Assembly (NCBI GenBank): GCA_051546255.1
Contig: CP128821.1
Location: 496,001-560,000, forward strand
Direction: 5' to 3'
From: Meyerozyma guilliermondii
Lineage: Eukaryota
DNA length: 64,000 nt
Shown here: piece after piece, positions 61,196 through 64,000 of the stretch
Layout: the number at the start of each line of letters is the position of its first letter
How positions within the stretch are numbered: the first letter of the stretch is position 1
Translations under genes and position numbers: made by a program
Notes under the pieces: generated by a model
Told to the model about the DNA's origin: nothing
What the model saw: only the letters and a program-made list of their open reading frames with translations
The model's database searches: none

Positions 61196-62902
61196 TTATC
61201 TATGGTCGTCGTCGCTGGCGTCGTCGCTGGCGTCGCTGTCACCAACTTCCTGGTACTCTACGAGCAAATTGGCGCCCGAGCGCAATTCCGGAATGTCGCC
61301 GAGGGTCTCGCCGGTCACATCCAAAACTTTTTTGGGGTACGGCTGAATGAGGTCGAACTTGAATGGAAATGTAGCAAAATACTCGTTATGCAGAATTGGA
61401 TCCGAATTAATCTCTTTTTCGTTATCCAAACTAATCTCTTTTTCGTTTTCCGAATTAATCTCTTTATCCTCCTCATACAATCTCGTTTCCACATACAAGT
61501 ACAATTGCTGCAAAGTGACGGTTTTCAGAACCGTTTCGATGAGCCGTTTACCATTGGGGAGTTTTATAGCAATTTTTACCTTGTTTTCGCCCTCGCAAAC
61601 ACCGTGGAACCAGTTTTCTCGAATCAAACTCATCAAAAATGTTTCCCGTTTTTGGGCCATTTCTTTCATGGTTTTCTCCATTTGCTGCTGGTGATCTTTT
61701 TCCATTTTTTTCAACCGGTCTTTTTCAAGGGACTGGATATATGCATCGTCCTGCTGCTTTTTAAGCTGCCTTGCAAACTCAATTTCTTGCTGGTCAAATC
61801 TTTGGGCAATTAATTGAGGATCATAAGACTCCATCAACTTCTCCAAATTTTCAGTCAATTTTTTAATGGTGGAATTTATCAGTTCTGGAGAAAGAAAGTC
61901 TGGTGCCACATTGGACTTGTAGAGTGTAGACATCGATGCCATTACCGAGGGATCATTGGAAACATTGGCTGCAAGACACAAAAATGGAAGTCTTTTAGCT
62001 TTGTATGTCTTTCCCACTTCGTAAGCTTCTGGCGACTCTTCAACATTATTAACAAAAATCTGGTTGTCTTTAAAGGTTCCACTTGTCTTGTTGAGCAATT
62101 GGGCAAATTCTGGACTGGAAAAAAGCCGCCGACAAAATTCTTGCGATTCGCTGCGATTATCTACTAGAATAACAAGAAGCCATGAGTACCCGGTTTGCGC
62201 AGATTGGAGCACCAGATTGAAATCGGAGCTTTTTATGTTGAATTGCGACAAGTCCACCACTTCTGGAGAAACTTCCGAAGTTTTGTTGTCAATCGATTCT
62301 TTGAAATCAAAATTCTCAGAATACTTTGCATAATCGAATTGCGATGGAAACCGGCCGATAAAATGACTACTCGAGCCCACAAAGAGAAACTTGAAGATCG
62401 AAACCAAAAACAGAAGAAGAGTTCTTGGCACGAGCAAGAGCACTAACCACCATGAATTGACGGCCGGCCGACGGTCAGGATTATGCAGCAGTTTTTCCGA
62501 AAGCGATGAGTGGATTCCGAGCTCTAGTTGCCAATGATTGGAAATTCGTGGCGCCTTGGGAAGTTTTGGTCGAAACGACTCGAGAAACATTTGGCTCTGA
62601 AGATTGACTAATTCGGGTCCTGCCGAAGATGAGGTTCGTCGATGAGAGAGATGCGATTCTGCAGGGTCCTGGAGTATTTCCGGACCCGATGCAGATACTG
62701 CTGCATCTTGACTTCCGGAATTTGCCAGCAGTGATATCCGGTCAATTACGTCAAATCCATGGTCGAAATACGACGAAAGAGCATTGTTTAAATCCCAATT
62801 GTTGACGGTTAGAAGCGACACCACCTTTTGTCTATCGTCCTCAGCGCCAGATATAGACACAAATTGTGTCACAAGATCTTGCTGTTCGGGTGTAAGATCC
62901 AT
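61196..62902 (-). CDS. UBX2: Cdc48 adaptor Ubx2 (UBA-like, membrane hairpin, UAS, UBX)
   Basis: N-terminal 'QF..I.G.......LL..NNWDLNNALSSYFD', a hydrophobic hairpin, coiled coil 'RQLKKQQDDAYIQSLEKDR', and a UBX domain 'IAIKLPNGKR...LIQPYPK...GANLLVE'. Confidence 0.8.
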   Translation of the reverse strand: MDLTPEQQDLVTQFVSISGAEDDRQKVVSLLTVNNWDLNNALSSYFDHGFDVIDRISLLANSGSQDAAVSASGPEILQDPAESHLSHRRTSSSAGPELVNLQSQMFLESFRPKLPKAPRISNHWQLELGIHSSLSEKLLHNPDRRPAVNSWWLVLLLVPRTLLLFLVSIFKFLFVGSSSHFIGRFPSQFDYAKYSENFDFKESIDNKTSEVSPEVVDLSQFNIKSSDFNLVLQSAQTGYSWLLVILVDNRSESQEFCRRLFSSPEFAQLLNKTSGTFKDNQIFVNNVEESPEAYEVGKTYKAKRLPFLCLAANVSNDPSVMASMSTLYKSNVAPDFLSPELINSTIKKLTENLEKLMESYDPQLIAQRFDQQEIEFARQLKKQQDDAYIQSLEKDRLKKMEKDHQQQMEKTMKEMAQKRETFLMSLIRENWFHGVCEGENKVKIAIKLPNGKRLIETVLKTVTLQQLYLYVETRLYEEDKEINSENEKEISLDNEKEINSDPILHNEYFATFPFKFDLIQPYPKKVLDVTGETLGDIPELRSGANLLVEYQEVGDSDASDDASDDDHR

Positions 62903-63565
62903 CTTGATTGATTAACCTGCCGACTTGTTCATAGCATGTGGTACTGCAGGTAAATGCATGCGGCCGCACGTGATAAGCTCACTAAGAGATCTTGGCCAAT
63001 TTCTGATTCCTCTTGTTAAAAACCGGTTTACCGACTTTTCCTTCGCAAGGCTCTACATCTTTCCTTCTTAAGACTTTCCTTTGTTTCTTTATTTCGTCTC
63101 TATTGCAGTTCACAACAAAATGGATAATTTCAGTCTCGTTTTGAGTACCTTCAAATTGTTCAAAAATCCGGTTTAGCCACCGACTTATTTTCTCAAGACT
63201 TGCCTTTATTTCTTCGTTTTTAATGAGTTTGATGCATATTCGTACATGAGTGCAAGTACCATGTGCAGCGCGACAGCTGTCAAAATGCAAGTATGAAATT
63301 TCGAGGACTAATAGGCCAATGCGTTACTTTCCCAAAAATTGTTTACAAAACAATCAAAGAAGACGTGGCTCTCAAATGTTATCAATGCAGAGAAATCGAA
63401 AATTCGCGGACTTGACAGCAATGCGGCTCACAAACTAAATTTAACGCACCTTTTTTCATCGAGTCTCGAAAAGATATAAAGATCAGGTGACCAGACCAAG
63501 TTCAAATAGTCACCAAAAATAGTACAAGAGAGTACCAGAATAGTACAAGAGAGTACAGAACAAGG

Positions 63566-63999
63566 ATGAAACAATCATTGATTATATACTCATGGTTGAT
63601 CTTCTTTACCAAAGTCTATGCTGACTTTTTTTGGGCTCTTGATCTAGATTATTTTTTGCGTGACAGCACCAATGTTCTACATAATGGAACTCACGGTATT
63701 GACATTGTTTATGTTGGTGGTGTGGAATTGAATAATACCTACCCCGAATCACTCCTTTATGGCATTGACTTAACTGGTACAGAAGTGTCTGCTATAAGTA
63801 CTCAATTGGCAGCAGGTGTTAAAGCTGTTCACGATTCGACTAATGCTTCGACGATAAAATCTTACTCATACCATTTCTGCAATGGACATTTGAGTACTGT
63901 CAAAGTTAGAAGAAATCCAGGCTCCAAATTTTACAGGGACCAACTTACTGTTGTAATCAAGTACGGACAGCACAAAACAGCCACACAAGTTTTATCCGA
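63566..63999 (+). CDS. Putative secreted glycoprotein, 5' part (runs off the window; absent from the ORF track)
   Basis: Frame open from ATG 63566 to the end: MKQSLIIYSWLIFFTKVYA|DFFWALDLDYFLRDSTNVLHNGTHGIDIVYVGGVELNNTYPESLLYGIDLTGTEVSAISTQLAAGVKAVHDSTNASTIKSYSYHFCNGHLSTVKVRRNPG... Signal-peptide-like N-terminus, sequons NGT/NNT/NAS, and TATAAA at ~63475. Confidence 0.6.
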   Translation, partial: MKQSLIIYSWLIFFTKVYADFFWALDLDYFLRDSTNVLHNGTHGIDIVYVGGVELNNTYPESLLYGIDLTGTEVSAISTQLAAGVKAVHDSTNASTIKSYSYHFCNGHLSTVKVRRNPGSKFYRDQLTVVIKYGQHKTATQVLS

Positions 64000-64000
64000 A

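Noticed and set aside
62982..63290. 102-aa ORF upstream of UBX2
   Set aside because: Non-ATG start in the track and no recognisable domain; cannot be supported, though a gene remnant is not excluded.
1..63999. tRNA, rRNA or intact transposon genes
   Set aside because: The GGTTCGA-like hits I noticed lie inside CDSs without cloverleaf context; no gag/pol, transposase or rRNA signatures were seen.

Overview
Gene-dense chromosomal segment (about 43-44% GC by eye) from a budding yeast of the CUG-Ser clade. CTG is read as Ser at conserved positions, and the gene set and compactness are Meyerozyma/Debaryomycetaceae-like, but the species cannot be fixed from sequence alone. It carries about 30 mostly housekeeping genes: NUP57 (3' part), PRP16, PAN6, LPX1-like, SRP40, SSL2, a NECAP-like gene, HFD1, MRP21, a mitochondrial carrier, a 1603-aa acidic orphan, RPC82, SKI3, ATG13, AFG1, SBE2-like, SYF1, VMA8, two SOU-type reductases flanking SDH1, VPS5, a CASTOR-like ACT protein, SMY2/SYH1 (with an intron the ORF track misses), UMP1, an SLC35F-type transporter, NOP1, SLX5, a USP-domain gene and UBX2. 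Many neighbour pairs match S. cerevisiae synteny. Signals the ORF track does not explain: (1) a ~440-nt nested, strand-biased RNA-like fold between SKI3 and ATG13, bracketed by imperfect direct repeats; (2) a 3'-only relic of the syntenic AQY1 aquaporin; (3) a ~15-copy 21-bp minisatellite; (4) a Gcn4/GATA/Cbf1-site-rich promoter on the CASTOR-like gene; (5) a recurrent promoter motif GGGTGCA; (6) an unannotated secreted-protein ORF running off the right edge. No tRNA, rRNA, CRISPR array or intact transposon was recognised.
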